Both the position numbers and the translations under genes were made by a program. From a virus (taxonomy: Duplodnaviria > Caudoviricetes), in the IMG/VR virus record IMGVR_UViG_3300003316_000399, positions 1-64,000 of that record: a stretch of 64,000 bases of DNA. The stretch is one strand, 5' to 3'. Below, piece by piece: positions 16,485 through 26,350 of this stretch; within the stretch, counting starts at the first letter, position 1; each line of letters opens with the position of its first letter. Under the pieces are notes generated by a model that was not told the DNA's origin, did not search any database, and saw nothing but the letters and a program-made list of their open reading frames with translations.

Positions 16485-16994
16485 CTATGTATTGCTATCT
16501 AACAGCTCTGGAGTAACATTGGCTAAAATATTATGCACCCAATAGCAGATTAGCACCTCTACAATAAGCCTGGCGTTAACAGTAGCCGATAAGAAATCGA
16601 CCACATATCCAGTCTCTTTAAACCATCCCAGAGCAATTCCTGCGTATAAAAGACCAAAAAAATCTAACCGCTTATCTAGTTTATGCATCTCATAACGCAG
16701 GGCGTTGCTTCGCACTTTGCGCACACTTGTCGTGAGCACAAATTGTAAAATCATAGCAATGATCATAACTAATGCATATGACATGTTTGACAGAGGTGCA
16801 TTATTTAACCACTGAATCCCTGCCGAGATCGCTAAAGCATTAAGTGAAGATTGCGTTATCCATAAAAGAGCAGCACCAATATTTGAGGAGGCATACCACG
16901 GCTTCTGAACAGAAGTATTCTTTCTACGATTATTATTATCACTGTTCTGAGTGTTAGTCTGATTCTGCTGGTTCTGCTGATTATTGTCAGCCAC
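16485..16994 (-). CDS. multi-pass membrane protein with N/Q-rich N-terminus
   Basis: NNQQNQQNQ low-complexity head followed by about four hydrophobic segments. Confidence 0.65.
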   Translation of the reverse strand: MADNNQQNQQNQTNTQNSDNNNRRKNTSVQKPWYASSNIGAALLWITQSSLNALAISAGIQWLNNAPLSNMSYALVMIIAMILQFVLTTSVRKVRSNALRYEMHKLDKRLDFFGLLYAGIALGWFKETGYVVDFLSATVNARLIVEVLICYWVHNILANVTPELLDSNT

Positions 16995-17020
16995 GATATG
17001 CCTCCTCTTTATGAGTTTAT

Positions 17021-17521
17021 TTACTCATTCAATGTTTTACCCCATAATCCAATGTTATAATTAAAAATAGAGACGGGGAAAACTGCAAATTTTGCCCATC
17101 CAAATTTTTCCAGAATATGATGTTGTACATGATTTGCCTCATGTACGAAACACTGAGCAAACGAATACCCAGCATCACGCGCCAGACGCAGGCGAAGTTT
17201 ATGCATTAGTTGACCAATACCGATATTCCTGAGATTTTTTCCACCGCGCGGTGTGCCGGTAAACACATTACAAAACAATACAACACTGTCTGTGTTTCCG
17301 ATTTCATGCATTTCAAATTCGGCAATATCTGGACCGAAATCACAGCGGAATCTAACGTAAAGTCCTCGCTCATCGGCAGAATATGAATACTTAACCGGCG
17401 GCTTTTCAACTACCGCTGGTGCTGAAAGGAGGATATTTTCCAGATCCCGGCATGCCTCCGCCATCAAATGATCAACATAAGTACCGCGATCACAAATGAG
17501 CCATTGTAGACGACTCGCCAT
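17021..17521 (-). CDS. GNAT-family N-acetyltransferase
   Basis: Acetyl-CoA motif RNIGIG followed by V..AN...ILEKFGW. Confidence 0.75.
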   Translation of the reverse strand: MASRLQWLICDRGTYVDHLMAEACRDLENILLSAPAVVEKPPVKYSYSADERGLYVRFRCDFGPDIAEFEMHEIGNTDSVVLFCNVFTGTPRGGKNLRNIGIGQLMHKLRLRLARDAGYSFAQCFVHEANHVQHHILEKFGWAKFAVFPVSIFNYNIGLWGKTLNE

Positions 17522-17533
17522 TTCTTGCCTCCT

Positions 17534-18058
17534 CTAAAAAATGTTTGACCAATCGAAATCCGATTGATCATTAACCGTTCGCGTTGTATCTGATTGAATC
17601 AACCCCGATTCAGGAATTAACGTTTTACTCGTCTTCGTAACACCATCAATCTGTCCTTGAGCAGATGACGGAGCAGACTCTGGAGTAGATGTCGGAACAG
17701 ATGTTTTCTTATTTTTACTGCCTGGTGGGCGACCGCGCTTACGGCTAGTGGAAATCGCTGACCTCAAATCGTCAAGTGACGTTGTGTCTACATCAACTGA
17801 TTTCTCTTCATAGCCGCCATCTATATCAATAGATGGAATCTCTGCTTTAGGAACACTACCAGTGTCTTTGCGAAGCTCATTACGCTCCGCGACAAACGTG
17901 ATTGGTGTTGACATTCCGTCTAACCGCACATGAACATATGTTAATGGACCGGCGGTACCAATGCGAACTACTATGCCGGTTTGTCCAGCATAGTCTCCTT
18001 GCTCGCAGCGCACCCGATCGTGTGTTTTGAATTCACACGCAATCTGCTGTGATCGCAT
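17534..18058 (-). CDS. KOW-motif protein with AT-hook and disordered C-terminus
   Basis: DRVRCEQGDYAGQTGIVVRI (KOW); RKRGRPPGSKNK (AT-hook). Confidence 0.7.
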   Translation of the reverse strand: MRSQQIACEFKTHDRVRCEQGDYAGQTGIVVRIGTAGPLTYVHVRLDGMSTPITFVAERNELRKDTGSVPKAEIPSIDIDGGYEEKSVDVDTTSLDDLRSAISTSRKRGRPPGSKNKKTSVPTSTPESAPSSAQGQIDGVTKTSKTLIPESGLIQSDTTRTVNDQSDFDWSNIF

Positions 18059-18087
18059 CCCCTACCTTCTTCTTTGTAACATTTCAA

Positions 18088-18116
18088 AGTATAACACATT
18101 AAGTTATGTTTGTCAA
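18088..18116 (-). promoter_or_regulatory. sigma70-type promoter
   Basis: TTGACA-17nt-TATACT with TGTGT extended -10. Confidence 0.85.
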
Positions 18117-18248
18117 TACATATTTATCAGCACATATTTACTGACGCTATGCGGATTAAAATTGATAAAATCGAATAAGCTTCAGATATTTACCCACACG
18201 CCGAACAAACTTCTGCTTCATAAAACTTCTCCTATTAGTCCACAAAGC

Positions 18249-18566
18249 TCATAGCGCGCTCTCAATGATTACAAATTTACGAAGCAACTCGCGCTCGACA
18301 AAGCGCGGTAAAACACTTGTCGGATAATCAGTATCCCGGACCACCACACGATTAACAGATCCACCCGCGCCTGTAGGGAATTTAACCACAATAACACTTT
18401 GTATCTCGCGTGTAATAGGATCAATATATATTAGACGCCATCGGCGCTTTTCCCCCTCCGGTTGTAGCCGCGAAATTGTAATATAATCCAGAAGAATTGG
18501 TATGGTTAGATCATCACGCGGTAAATCATTGTCTGTTTCTGAACTGCTTATTTCTGGCGGGCACAT
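18249..18566 (-). CDS. hypothetical protein
   Basis: Last ORF of the amidoligase operon. Confidence 0.55.
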   Translation of the reverse strand: MCPPEISSSETDNDLPRDDLTIPILLDYITISRLQPEGEKRRWRLIYIDPITREIQSVIVVKFPTGAGGSVNRVVVRDTDYPTSVLPRFVERELLRKFVIIESAL

Positions 18567-18813
18567 TATTCTCCTCCTTGTATCCGAAATATTGATGTAG
18601 AATCTGTCGATACAGGGCTACTTGCGCCTCCAGATAAATAATGCGAGATTGCTGTTCGGTTAAAACACCATGATCCTGCAACGATTTTTCAATTAATTGA
18701 TTATGATGCTTACTCAGATTGTGTAGTGTAATGTGTGTTACTAGCCATCCAGACCAAGAAATTAATGACATAATCAACAACACTATAATTAAATCGTTTA
18801 TTACATTATTCAT
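18526..18813 (-). CDS. membrane-anchored coiled-coil protein
   Basis: N-terminal TM helix followed by a heptad-like segment. Confidence 0.55.
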   Translation of the reverse strand: MNNVINDLIIVLLIMSLISWSGWLVTHITLHNLSKHHNQLIEKSLQDHGVLTEQQSRIIYLEAQVALYRQILHQYFGYKEENNVPARNKQFRNRQ

Positions 18814-19657
18814 TAGATGACCATTCTTCTTCTCGATGAAAAAACGAAAATGTCGAAACAGGTGATGGATGCTTCATAACAGGGCGCCAAGGACTATTGT
18901 CGAGACGATTCCCAGCAATACGGACGATAGTAAACTCCCCAATGGCATCTATCATCAAATCATTCTTCTTCCGCGTATCTGGGGAAAATCTTTCTAGATT
19001 ATAATAATTCCAGACATTTGTTGTGTCAGCAAAAGTCAGCGCGTTCATAAGAATATTAGCGCTTGTGTTGAATAACCAAGTTCCATTAATATTCACACGA
19101 TACATTGGACGATTGCCGCGTATTACAATAAGTCCACGGCGATCCTGTAACATAAACGAGAATTCACTTGTTGATTCAAATTGATTAATCCAGGTATGAA
19201 TAATACTATCAGTAATAATTGGAGATCCAGAATGCAACATAATATATCGCAAAAGTAGCATTGCCTGATAACTATCTGTTTTAGGTTCGGTATCAAGCAG
19301 AGTATCATGTGTGAAATGATCAGAACGCACAAAGCCGTTGTGCGCTCCGACAAACATCCAATGACCGTTGGAATCTGTCATAATATATGGATGGTTATCA
19401 ACATGATCATCATTACGCAATCCACGCGACGCTGCACGTGTATGCAGCAACCAGCTAGAATTATGATCTAGTCGGGACAGCGGATTATATCCCGTATCGT
19501 CCACTGTTCTCGATGTTTTCCAAACCATATTACCATCAGAGATTCCGTATCCATCATTGTTACCCTCCGTCTCGGCGCCAGTTAGCATCAGCGCTGCAAA
19601 CATCCTTCGTAGATCTGGATTCATACCGCCATTTGTGATGGCCGCTAATCTGCACAT
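18806..19657 (-). CDS. class II (Ntn) glutamine amidotransferase
   Basis: N-terminal M-C nucleophile; DGYG, HTRAAS, HPY, AHNG and TDS motifs. Confidence 0.9.
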   Translation of the reverse strand: MCRLAAITNGGMNPDLRRMFAALMLTGAETEGNNDGYGISDGNMVWKTSRTVDDTGYNPLSRLDHNSSWLLHTRAASRGLRNDDHVDNHPYIMTDSNGHWMFVGAHNGFVRSDHFTHDTLLDTEPKTDSYQAMLLLRYIMLHSGSPIITDSIIHTWINQFESTSEFSFMLQDRRGLIVIRGNRPMYRVNINGTWLFNTSANILMNALTFADTTNVWNYYNLERFSPDTRKKNDLMIDAIGEFTIVRIAGNRLDNSPWRPVMKHPSPVSTFSFFHREEEWSSNE

Positions 19658-19695
19658 GCTTAACTCCTTTTTGCTGCTTCGTCTTGTGGTAAGAA

Positions 19696-20094
19696 TTAAA
19701 ATGAATAACCACCGGTATTAATGAATAATGGCAACCGGGAAAGCCGATTTTGTGCAACATCCGACATCTCGCTGCTATAGACAGGTACGTTGCCCCATGG
19801 AACCTTTATTGTGTACTGCGCGTCGGCTTCTCCGGTAATAGCGCACATTAGTACAGGAGTATAGTCAGAAGGCGGGCCGCTGTGTTTACAATTCGAGCAA
19901 ACCCATGTCGCAGATTTATTTGTGCGCTCTATTTCCATTCCTGGCTTAACCACCGCCCGACATACCGCCGGGCTAACTGCGCGAATAATATGCGTCATTG
20001 GATCGATCGATACAGTTTGCTCACTGTATACTGTCCATGCCCTGACAGTTATTTCAGTGAGCACTGCTTTGCAGGCACAACATCGGAATCCCAT
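19696..20094 (-). CDS. Cys-rich putative zinc-binding protein
   Basis: Probable start MGFRCCAC after AGAGAGG; CSNC and CAITG. Confidence 0.55.
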   Translation of the reverse strand: MGFRCCACKAVLTEITVRAWTVYSEQTVSIDPMTHIIRAVSPAVCRAVVKPGMEIERTNKSATWVCSNCKHSGPPSDYTPVLMCAITGEADAQYTIKVPWGNVPVYSSEMSDVAQNRLSRLPLFINTGGYSF

Positions 20095-20756
20095 TAAACA
20101 CCTCTCTTTTTCTGCTGGGGCTGGGGCTGCGATTGTACATATCCGCAGATGCTGCAAACACCAATCTGCGGCGGGATGGCTTTCAAGGAACAGTTGTGGC
20201 AATAAGCATTCAAGTCACTTAACCGACTCTCAACAAAATCAATTAACTCTGACAAAGAACCCTGGCGCATTACGCCAACATTACCGCTCATGATTCTATT
20301 GATCGTGTTAACAGAATTGCCTAGATCAGATCGTCCAATAACTGGAATCTGATTACGTATGAACTGCCGCACCGATCCACTAATCGATCTAGTAAACCAT
20401 TGAGACATTACCACGGGATTAATGATCTTCCACTCACTAGCCTCTAGTGCAGATACATCTGAATCGGGCAATGAACAGATAAAGCGCATATAAATAGTAA
20501 TAACATCGCGCGGGAAACTGCTTCCAGCTACAAAATTCCTCATCTGCTCTTCGCTATATACTGTAAAATCATGATCTCGCGTAACATAATCTTCGTTGTT
20601 CACGCGGCTCACATACCAGGCCTGTTCAAGCGGAACGCGTAGTGAGAAGTACTTTTTTTCTAGAGATGTCATGTCTTTACTGATTGCGAAATATCTAACA
20701 AACTGCTTAACGCGCGATTCTATCGCGCTTCGGTCTGCTGAGTTTAATGTAATCAC
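20094..20756 (-). CDS. hypothetical protein with C-terminal zinc ribbon
   Basis: CHNC...CSICG near the C-terminus. Confidence 0.65.
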   Translation of the reverse strand: MITLNSADRSAIESRVKQFVRYFAISKDMTSLEKKYFSLRVPLEQAWYVSRVNNEDYVTRDHDFTVYSEEQMRNFVAGSSFPRDVITIYMRFICSLPDSDVSALEASEWKIINPVVMSQWFTRSISGSVRQFIRNQIPVIGRSDLGNSVNTINRIMSGNVGVMRQGSLSELIDFVESRLSDLNAYCHNCSLKAIPPQIGVCSICGYVQSQPQPQQKKRGV

Positions 20757-20764
20757 AATCCCTC

Positions 20765-21805
20765 CTAAATCGCAATCACGCGATTGTTTGATTCATTTGA
20801 CATCTGTGAAAAATTAAGCAGTGCAGAAATCGATGCAGATAATCCATTATGATCAACTGCCTGGATCATATCTCGCAAAAACGAAAGACAACGATTAGAA
20901 TCGTGATCGTTAATCGCGCGTTGACACTCAAGTATTACAGGAACATTGCCTAATAAGTCCAGCAGATAGTCGCGTCGATTATCTGCTGGTAGCTGTTGAA
21001 TATAATTAGCCACAGCTTGTGCAGCTGTAAACACTGCAGTTGTCATCTCCGGCGACGTTAACAACACTGCGTTTGGGGGAGTACGATATTCCAGACGGCC
21101 ATTACTTGGCTCCTCACAACGAATCCATCCGGCCTTGCCATAAAGTGCTTTGCGCTCACGAGCCTCTGCTGAAGCATCAATCCAAGTAGAAAAACATCCG
21201 ATAATGCGATCGAGAAACGCGACAAACAGCTGTCGCATAGGACGCTCAATAATTAGATTACGGATATTGCCGAAATGGATATGTCCTCCGCCCGTTCTGT
21301 ATAGGTATGTTGATGCCTCTGGTCTCTCAGCCTCGTCACCATAAACAGATACATCGGGTCGGCAACCAAACGCCTGAAGTGAGAACTTATTAGCCGCGTC
21401 GCGAGGAAAACGATTGACTGGAAGATCCTGCACAAACCAAGGATGTACAGGCACTCTTGGCGCTGCGGAGAGGACAACATCAAAATCTGGTAACTTAGAA
21501 CACACAATATTGCGGGCATCGTGCAGATTTACCCACACACGGCTAGAAAGTGCCTTCGGATCATTCGTTGGCGTTACTGTAAATTCGAGGGCGAGGCCAT
21601 CACCCTCTAGATAACCATGTGACAATAGGTAATGCAATCTATCATCACAACCGAGCGCGTAGTATGCTGGGAGATATGTAGGACACTCTACTGGAAATCT
21701 CACAGCTTTGTTCACCGCGCGAGCCAGGACAAAAAATTCAGGATCTGTACCTAGAGTTGTTGGTCCATCAATCATTGCTATCCCCCTGTGGTTGAAACGC
21801 ACCAC
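20765..21805 (-). CDS. phiEco32-like COOH-NH2 ligase type 2 (glutamine-synthetase/GCS fold)
   Basis: LGTDPEFF, DGLALEF, FGCRPD, GGGHIHFG, R+xLYGKAG and LEYRTP motifs. Confidence 0.9.
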   Translation of the reverse strand: MVRFNHRGIAMIDGPTTLGTDPEFFVLARAVNKAVRFPVECPTYLPAYYALGCDDRLHYLLSHGYLEGDGLALEFTVTPTNDPKALSSRVWVNLHDARNIVCSKLPDFDVVLSAAPRVPVHPWFVQDLPVNRFPRDAANKFSLQAFGCRPDVSVYGDEAERPEASTYLYRTGGGHIHFGNIRNLIIERPMRQLFVAFLDRIIGCFSTWIDASAEARERKALYGKAGWIRCEEPSNGRLEYRTPPNAVLLTSPEMTTAVFTAAQAVANYIQQLPADNRRDYLLDLLGNVPVILECQRAINDHDSNRCLSFLRDMIQAVDHNGLSASISALLNFSQMSNESNNRVIAI

Positions 21806-21832
21806 AATTGTGAAAGATTTTGACTTGCCTAT

Positions 21833-21861
21833 AGTATACCACAGATATACATGTGATGCAA
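21833..21861 (-). promoter_or_regulatory. sigma70-type promoter internal to the amidoligase cluster
   Basis: TTGCAT-17nt-TATACT with TGTGG extended -10. Confidence 0.75.
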
Positions 21862-21894
21862 GTGATTGTCAAGTAATTGTCAAGTAATTGTCAA
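21856..21894 (-). repeat. 11-bp tandem repeat of -35-like boxes
   Basis: Minus strand reads TTGACAATTAC TTGACAATTAC TTGACAATCAC TTGCAT. Confidence 0.9.
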
Positions 21895-21909
21895 ACGATA
21901 TTTACATCA

Positions 21910-23541
21910 TTAAACTAACGTCAACTCCCTGGATTTCGCATCTTGTTGCTTGCATTGTTGTAACAATGACACAAGCTTATTAATAGTGATATCAAAATTA
22001 GTGTGTTTGTTGTCTACCCAAACAGGCTGATGCCAAATTGGACGGCACCCCAGCCATTTAATATGAAAATCAAGTCTGTTCTTCCTCACAGTACTCTGAA
22101 ACACATTTACCACGCGTCGAGCAGCGGGTGATAAGATGAGAATCTCTTTGTCCGGTTCCAGAGCTTGCAATTTATCAAGATTTAGCTGTTCATCAAACTC
22201 TGCCACCGACACGGATGTAATTGAATCAAATATACTGCGCCACGAGGGAAATAATTCGATCTCATGTCCATTAAGATTGTACCACGTTTCAAACATAAGT
22301 AATTCATTACACATTGGACGAAATACTTTATTCAGTCTGCGCCACACATTTTGATATGTGTGGAGACCAATATATGGACCATTGTGCTTAACCACATGCA
22401 TACCAGAATATTTATTATTGTAACGTCCTATTGCGCTCACGCTCCTGTCGCGCGCGTCGCTTGCGTTCCCGTTTACTAATACGTCTATCTCCCGGCCATC
22501 CACCAGCGTGATCTTCGTTGTCTGATTGCTCTTCGGTGCCGATATTACAGGTGTCGCTGGTGCCGGGAGTAACATCAATTGTTGCTCTGGCTTCCCAATA
22601 CCTTTGTATACTGTCCCATTCGTCGATGTCCCATTCATCTCCTGGGCCATCTCGATTGGCTCCGCAGTTCTGGCACCATCGTCCGTACCAAACATCACTG
22701 CCACAGTGCCAGCAGAATCTGGCCTCCATCCCGCGCTGCTCGGTGTGGCGGGGCGCTGCAGCGCGGGCTCTTTTTTTTCGTGATAGTATGGATTCAGAAT
22801 GATATCGACACGATAACTATCTGGCTCGGCTTGTCCCGGTCTAAATCGCAGCACATCTCCAACACCAAGCTCAATCATCGCGCCGCACGAGATGCCGTAA
22901 TGCATCTGTAGTAGTTGTGATACACGCGTCACAATTTTTGTAGATGTGTTAATAAACCATCCGTCATCGCCAATTGGCAAAATATTTAATGGCTTTTCCG
23001 GCCCACGCAGAGCCCAAACATCACCCGATACTTGATCCGTGATCAGAGTACTAAATGTTGATCCAGTAGTATATCGACCTAACCATTCCTGGAAAACGTC
23101 GGAATTGATTTCACTCCTCTGACTAAGCAACGCGAATAAATCCTGAAATGCTCGATAACTATCAGTATCAGGCACATCTGTTGCTCTATCGGTAGCCTTT
23201 GTTCCGTAAAAGGTACCGTTATGCGCCATTACTAATCCTCCAAGATCCGATTTAAATTGGTATGGATGTGCTTCTAGAACTGTTTTACCAGTATTATAAC
23301 TCGCACTTCTTACATGCGAGCAGAGCGAATATGTGTCTCTGCTTCCCTCAACAAACACATCCCAAAACGATTCCAAGTTTGATTCTAGGTATGAGCCAGA
23401 ACATTTATTAATCAGATCACTGGTCCATGCACCATATCCATGAACATTGTTCTCCGACGCACCAAGAATCATGGCGTAATCCATGATCGCGGTTTTTGTT
23501 CCTAGTGGAATGCTGCCTAACACGGCGCATAGTCTACACAT
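21910..23541 (-). CDS. class II glutamine amidotransferase with long C-terminal extension
   Basis: True start MCRLCAV at 23541 (GAGGAGG RBS) gives the Cys1 nucleophile; HGYG, HVRSAS, HPY, AHNGT and TDS motifs. Confidence 0.88.
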   Translation of the reverse strand: MCRLCAVLGSIPLGTKTAIMDYAMILGASENNVHGYGAWTSDLINKCSGSYLESNLESFWDVFVEGSRDTYSLCSHVRSASYNTGKTVLEAHPYQFKSDLGGLVMAHNGTFYGTKATDRATDVPDTDSYRAFQDLFALLSQRSEINSDVFQEWLGRYTTGSTFSTLITDQVSGDVWALRGPEKPLNILPIGDDGWFINTSTKIVTRVSQLLQMHYGISCGAMIELGVGDVLRFRPGQAEPDSYRVDIILNPYYHEKKEPALQRPATPSSAGWRPDSAGTVAVMFGTDDGARTAEPIEMAQEMNGTSTNGTVYKGIGKPEQQLMLLPAPATPVISAPKSNQTTKITLVDGREIDVLVNGNASDARDRSVSAIGRYNNKYSGMHVVKHNGPYIGLHTYQNVWRRLNKVFRPMCNELLMFETWYNLNGHEIELFPSWRSIFDSITSVSVAEFDEQLNLDKLQALEPDKEILILSPAARRVVNVFQSTVRKNRLDFHIKWLGCRPIWHQPVWVDNKHTNFDITINKLVSLLQQCKQQDAKSRELTLV

Positions 23542-24847
23542 CCTCATCCTCCTCAAAATAAGCTTCATCTTCGTCATAGCTACTGAGCTGAGATGTATCA
23601 GTAAGTCCAAGATCATGTCCATACATTTCTAAAGAATGAGATACTGTGTATTGATTTTGTAATGTCTGATTCTCTCGAAGTTCTGGTACGATCACCGCAC
23701 CAGAAACCAAAAAATTAGATGGGAGATTAAATATTTCAGATATCGGGTTCGACGCAGCGGAAGATTCTCGAACCGGCGGTGTAGCCTTTTTTGATGATCG
23801 GTACAGGGAAAAATCATCAGTATCGTCATCCTTATGATTATAATTATCAGACACCCTCACCACTGGACGTTCCGAAATCAGTGGTGAGTTCCAACTACCG
23901 CTGTAATGACTCTGTCTATAAATATCAACAACACCAGGTTGCCAATCTGAACCCCAAATTGATCTCAAATCTACACCCAATATATCTGAGATTTCAGATA
24001 CATTAATCTCGGGTTTTGATCCCAAGAGAAAAGGGGATTTAAAAATATCCTGTGGACGGCGATGCTGTGCAATATTATGAACAGCACAAATAAGCTGAAA
24101 GAAATGATTCATTTTATCATACACGCCGTCGAATAGGCGCCATTCAAACGATCCTTGGCGCAGTACAGAATATAAATTCACGCCCATAAGTCTGTGCGGA
24201 ACATAATGTGGCATACGCTGCTCGGATAGAAAGAACATATCCAGACGACCCCACGAAGCAAGAAATTCACTCGCGCTATTAGCTCTTAGGAGTCGATCAA
24301 TATCTACTAATGGTCTCCTGTTAATACAAATACTCGCAGACAGTGGACGGCAATACATATAATCAACCGGTGAGCCGCGACTTGTACGTGCTCCTCGATG
24401 CACGCGGCCAGCCGAAGAACATCGATACAAAATCGCTTCCAGATAATAACACCACGCTAGAAGATTTTGAACATACCTCCAGGATTGATCTGACACATCT
24501 ACATGAAAATGAATAGATGCGCGCGGCGTCTGTGGTGTATTGCGGAGGAAGAGTGACATCTTTTGTGTAAATAGATGCATCTCCTCATAAGACGCGACAT
24601 CAGTAATTACCTCCAGACCAATTCTCTCTGCTTCGCGGACACCTGTCGGTAGAATTTTTCCATTTTTCGTTGATATAGGAATAATGGTTAAATTATCAAC
24701 AGAAAATACTGGATTTCTGATAGAACCATCGTCGCCAAGACGACAACGAATAATACCAAAGTCATTAATATTATCAAGGAGTGTTCGACCAGCTCCCTCG
24801 ATTTCAATCTCCAGTCCGTATCGCACTGGTCCATTATTGTTGTACAC
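23534..24847 (-). CDS. putative amidoligase (Amidoligase_2 / COOH-NH2 ligase family)
   Basis: YGLEIEIE, DDGSIR, LEVIT, SIHFHVD and FEWRLFDG motifs; acidic C-terminal tail. Confidence 0.85.
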   Translation of the reverse strand: MYNNNGPVRYGLEIEIEGAGRTLLDNINDFGIIRCRLGDDGSIRNPVFSVDNLTIIPISTKNGKILPTGVREAERIGLEVITDVASYEEMHLFTQKMSLFLRNTPQTPRASIHFHVDVSDQSWRYVQNLLAWCYYLEAILYRCSSAGRVHRGARTSRGSPVDYMYCRPLSASICINRRPLVDIDRLLRANSASEFLASWGRLDMFFLSEQRMPHYVPHRLMGVNLYSVLRQGSFEWRLFDGVYDKMNHFFQLICAVHNIAQHRRPQDIFKSPFLLGSKPEINVSEISDILGVDLRSIWGSDWQPGVVDIYRQSHYSGSWNSPLISERPVVRVSDNYNHKDDDTDDFSLYRSSKKATPPVRESSAASNPISEIFNLPSNFLVSGAVIVPELRENQTLQNQYTVSHSLEMYGHDLGLTDTSQLSSYDEDEAYFEEDEDV

Positions 24848-24849
24848 AG

Positions 24850-25584
24850 TTATTCCATCTCTACTGCAGAGAAATCTGCAGGGATTTGAAACGCGATTGA
24901 TGCGCTCTGTGACATATTCATACGAGAATGAAGCGATCTTGTTACAAAATTACTCACAAAATAGTCAAACAGCGCGCGATGGCCCATTAGTTCTGGATGC
25001 CATTGCACCGTTAACGCATCGTCGTAGATCAAACCCTCTACTACATTGTCAGTTGAACATCGTGCAATGACTCTGGCATTTTGTGGAACTACATTCACCG
25101 CCTGATGGTGTAGGGAGTTAACACGGTTCCGTATTCCCAGCATTGCCGCTATAAAACCTTCATCCCCTGTACACATTACATCATGCCTTCCGTCATGGTC
25201 TGTACCTGCCTCATCCAGATCCTGGTACAGATTGCCACCGCGCAACGCTGCCAAGAGTTGATGGCCGCGACAGATTCCCATAATCGGAATACCAAGCTCT
25301 TCTGCAACTTTAACTTGCAATATCTCTCTAGCATCCCGAAAATCATTAAACCATGACCGTCGATTCTCTTGATTATAAATCTTTGGATTAATATCCGCCC
25401 CGCCTTCTAGAAGGAGAAAGCATGGTTTGTCAAGATACGCCGACATTGTGGCTCGGATATAATCCTCGTCGTGTGACGCCGTGTCAATGTGTACAATATG
25501 AGGAAAGTTAAAAGTCATACAGCCATTATTGGAGTCGAAAATATAAATTGGGGTTGTCATTAGAAAATGCTCCTTATTCAACAA
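24850..25584 (-). CDS. peptidase C26 / gamma-glutamyl hydrolase (class I amidotransferase, PuuD-like)
   Basis: GGADI, GICRGHQ (catalytic Cys), LYQD, VNSLHHQ and QWHPE. Confidence 0.92.
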   Translation of the reverse strand: MLNKEHFLMTTPIYIFDSNNGCMTFNFPHIVHIDTASHDEDYIRATMSAYLDKPCFLLLEGGADINPKIYNQENRRSWFNDFRDAREILQVKVAEELGIPIMGICRGHQLLAALRGGNLYQDLDEAGTDHDGRHDVMCTGDEGFIAAMLGIRNRVNSLHHQAVNVVPQNARVIARCSTDNVVEGLIYDDALTVQWHPELMGHRALFDYFVSNFVTRSLHSRMNMSQSASIAFQIPADFSAVEME

Positions 25585-26350
25585 ACTCTCGAAAGGCTGA
25601 TTTATAAAGATCGTACAGAGTTGGTGTTCGTAAAGCTGGGGCAGTATTTATCTCTAGAATATACATTGCACGATTACCGTCGCTATCCAGAACTAGCATC
25701 AAATCCACCGCTCCGAAATCACAACCTACAGCAGCTACAGCGCGGATTGACATGTCAACAGCTTCTGCATGTCGTGATTCGCGCAAACCCATTGTATTAG
25801 TACTCAACTCAAATGTACATCCGCCTTGTGCGTAATTATGAATAGGTGTGTGACAATTATTAGGAATAATTTTTTGTTGCTGTGCGAGTACGCGGCCTTG
25901 AAAAACATGGATTCGGTATTCTCGATGTACATTCAAAAGCGGTGTGTAAAAATCCGCATTGGGAATCTCACCGTCGGCCTCGCAGATCTGAATACCATCT
26001 CCACCGGATAACCCATCTCGCCGTGCCAAAAAACGCGTTGCGTTGAATCGCTGGCACAACGCCTGAATATTAGATGAATTTGTGGTAAACGGTGGACATC
26101 TAATATTAGCGTCCGTAAATGCCCGAAATGAACGTCGCTTGGACACAGCGACGTTAATGTTTCTATTTAAGATATTACGACCTTGTACATCGCGTAATGT
26201 TGTAAAATCCGACCGGCATCCCCAATTCACACAAATACTCATTCGATGATTGCCGGGCTTTGATCTAAAACGCGGAAGAGACGCCCATGAAACATCTAAT
26301 TCACGCGCCATTCTTCGCAGCGCGTTTGATCTATTGTATAGTAGGAACAT
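25574..26350 (-). CDS. ATP-grasp peptide ligase (RimK/YheCD-like)
   Basis: VNWG, GGDGI, EYRIHVF, DFGAVD and LEINTAP. Confidence 0.9.
   Translation of the reverse strand: MFLLYNRSNALRRMARELDVSWASLPRFRSKPGNHRMSICVNWGCRSDFTTLRDVQGRNILNRNINVAVSKRRSFRAFTDANIRCPPFTTNSSNIQALCQRFNATRFLARRDGLSGGDGIQICEADGEIPNADFYTPLLNVHREYRIHVFQGRVLAQQQKIIPNNCHTPIHNYAQGGCTFELSTNTMGLRESRHAEAVDMSIRAVAAVGCDFGAVDLMLVLDSDGNRAMYILEINTAPALRTPTLYDLYKSAFREFVE

Noticed and set aside
23542-23622. Track start of the 570-aa amidotransferase
   Set aside because: Ntn enzymes need Cys at the N-terminus; the ATG at 23541 with a strong RBS provides it
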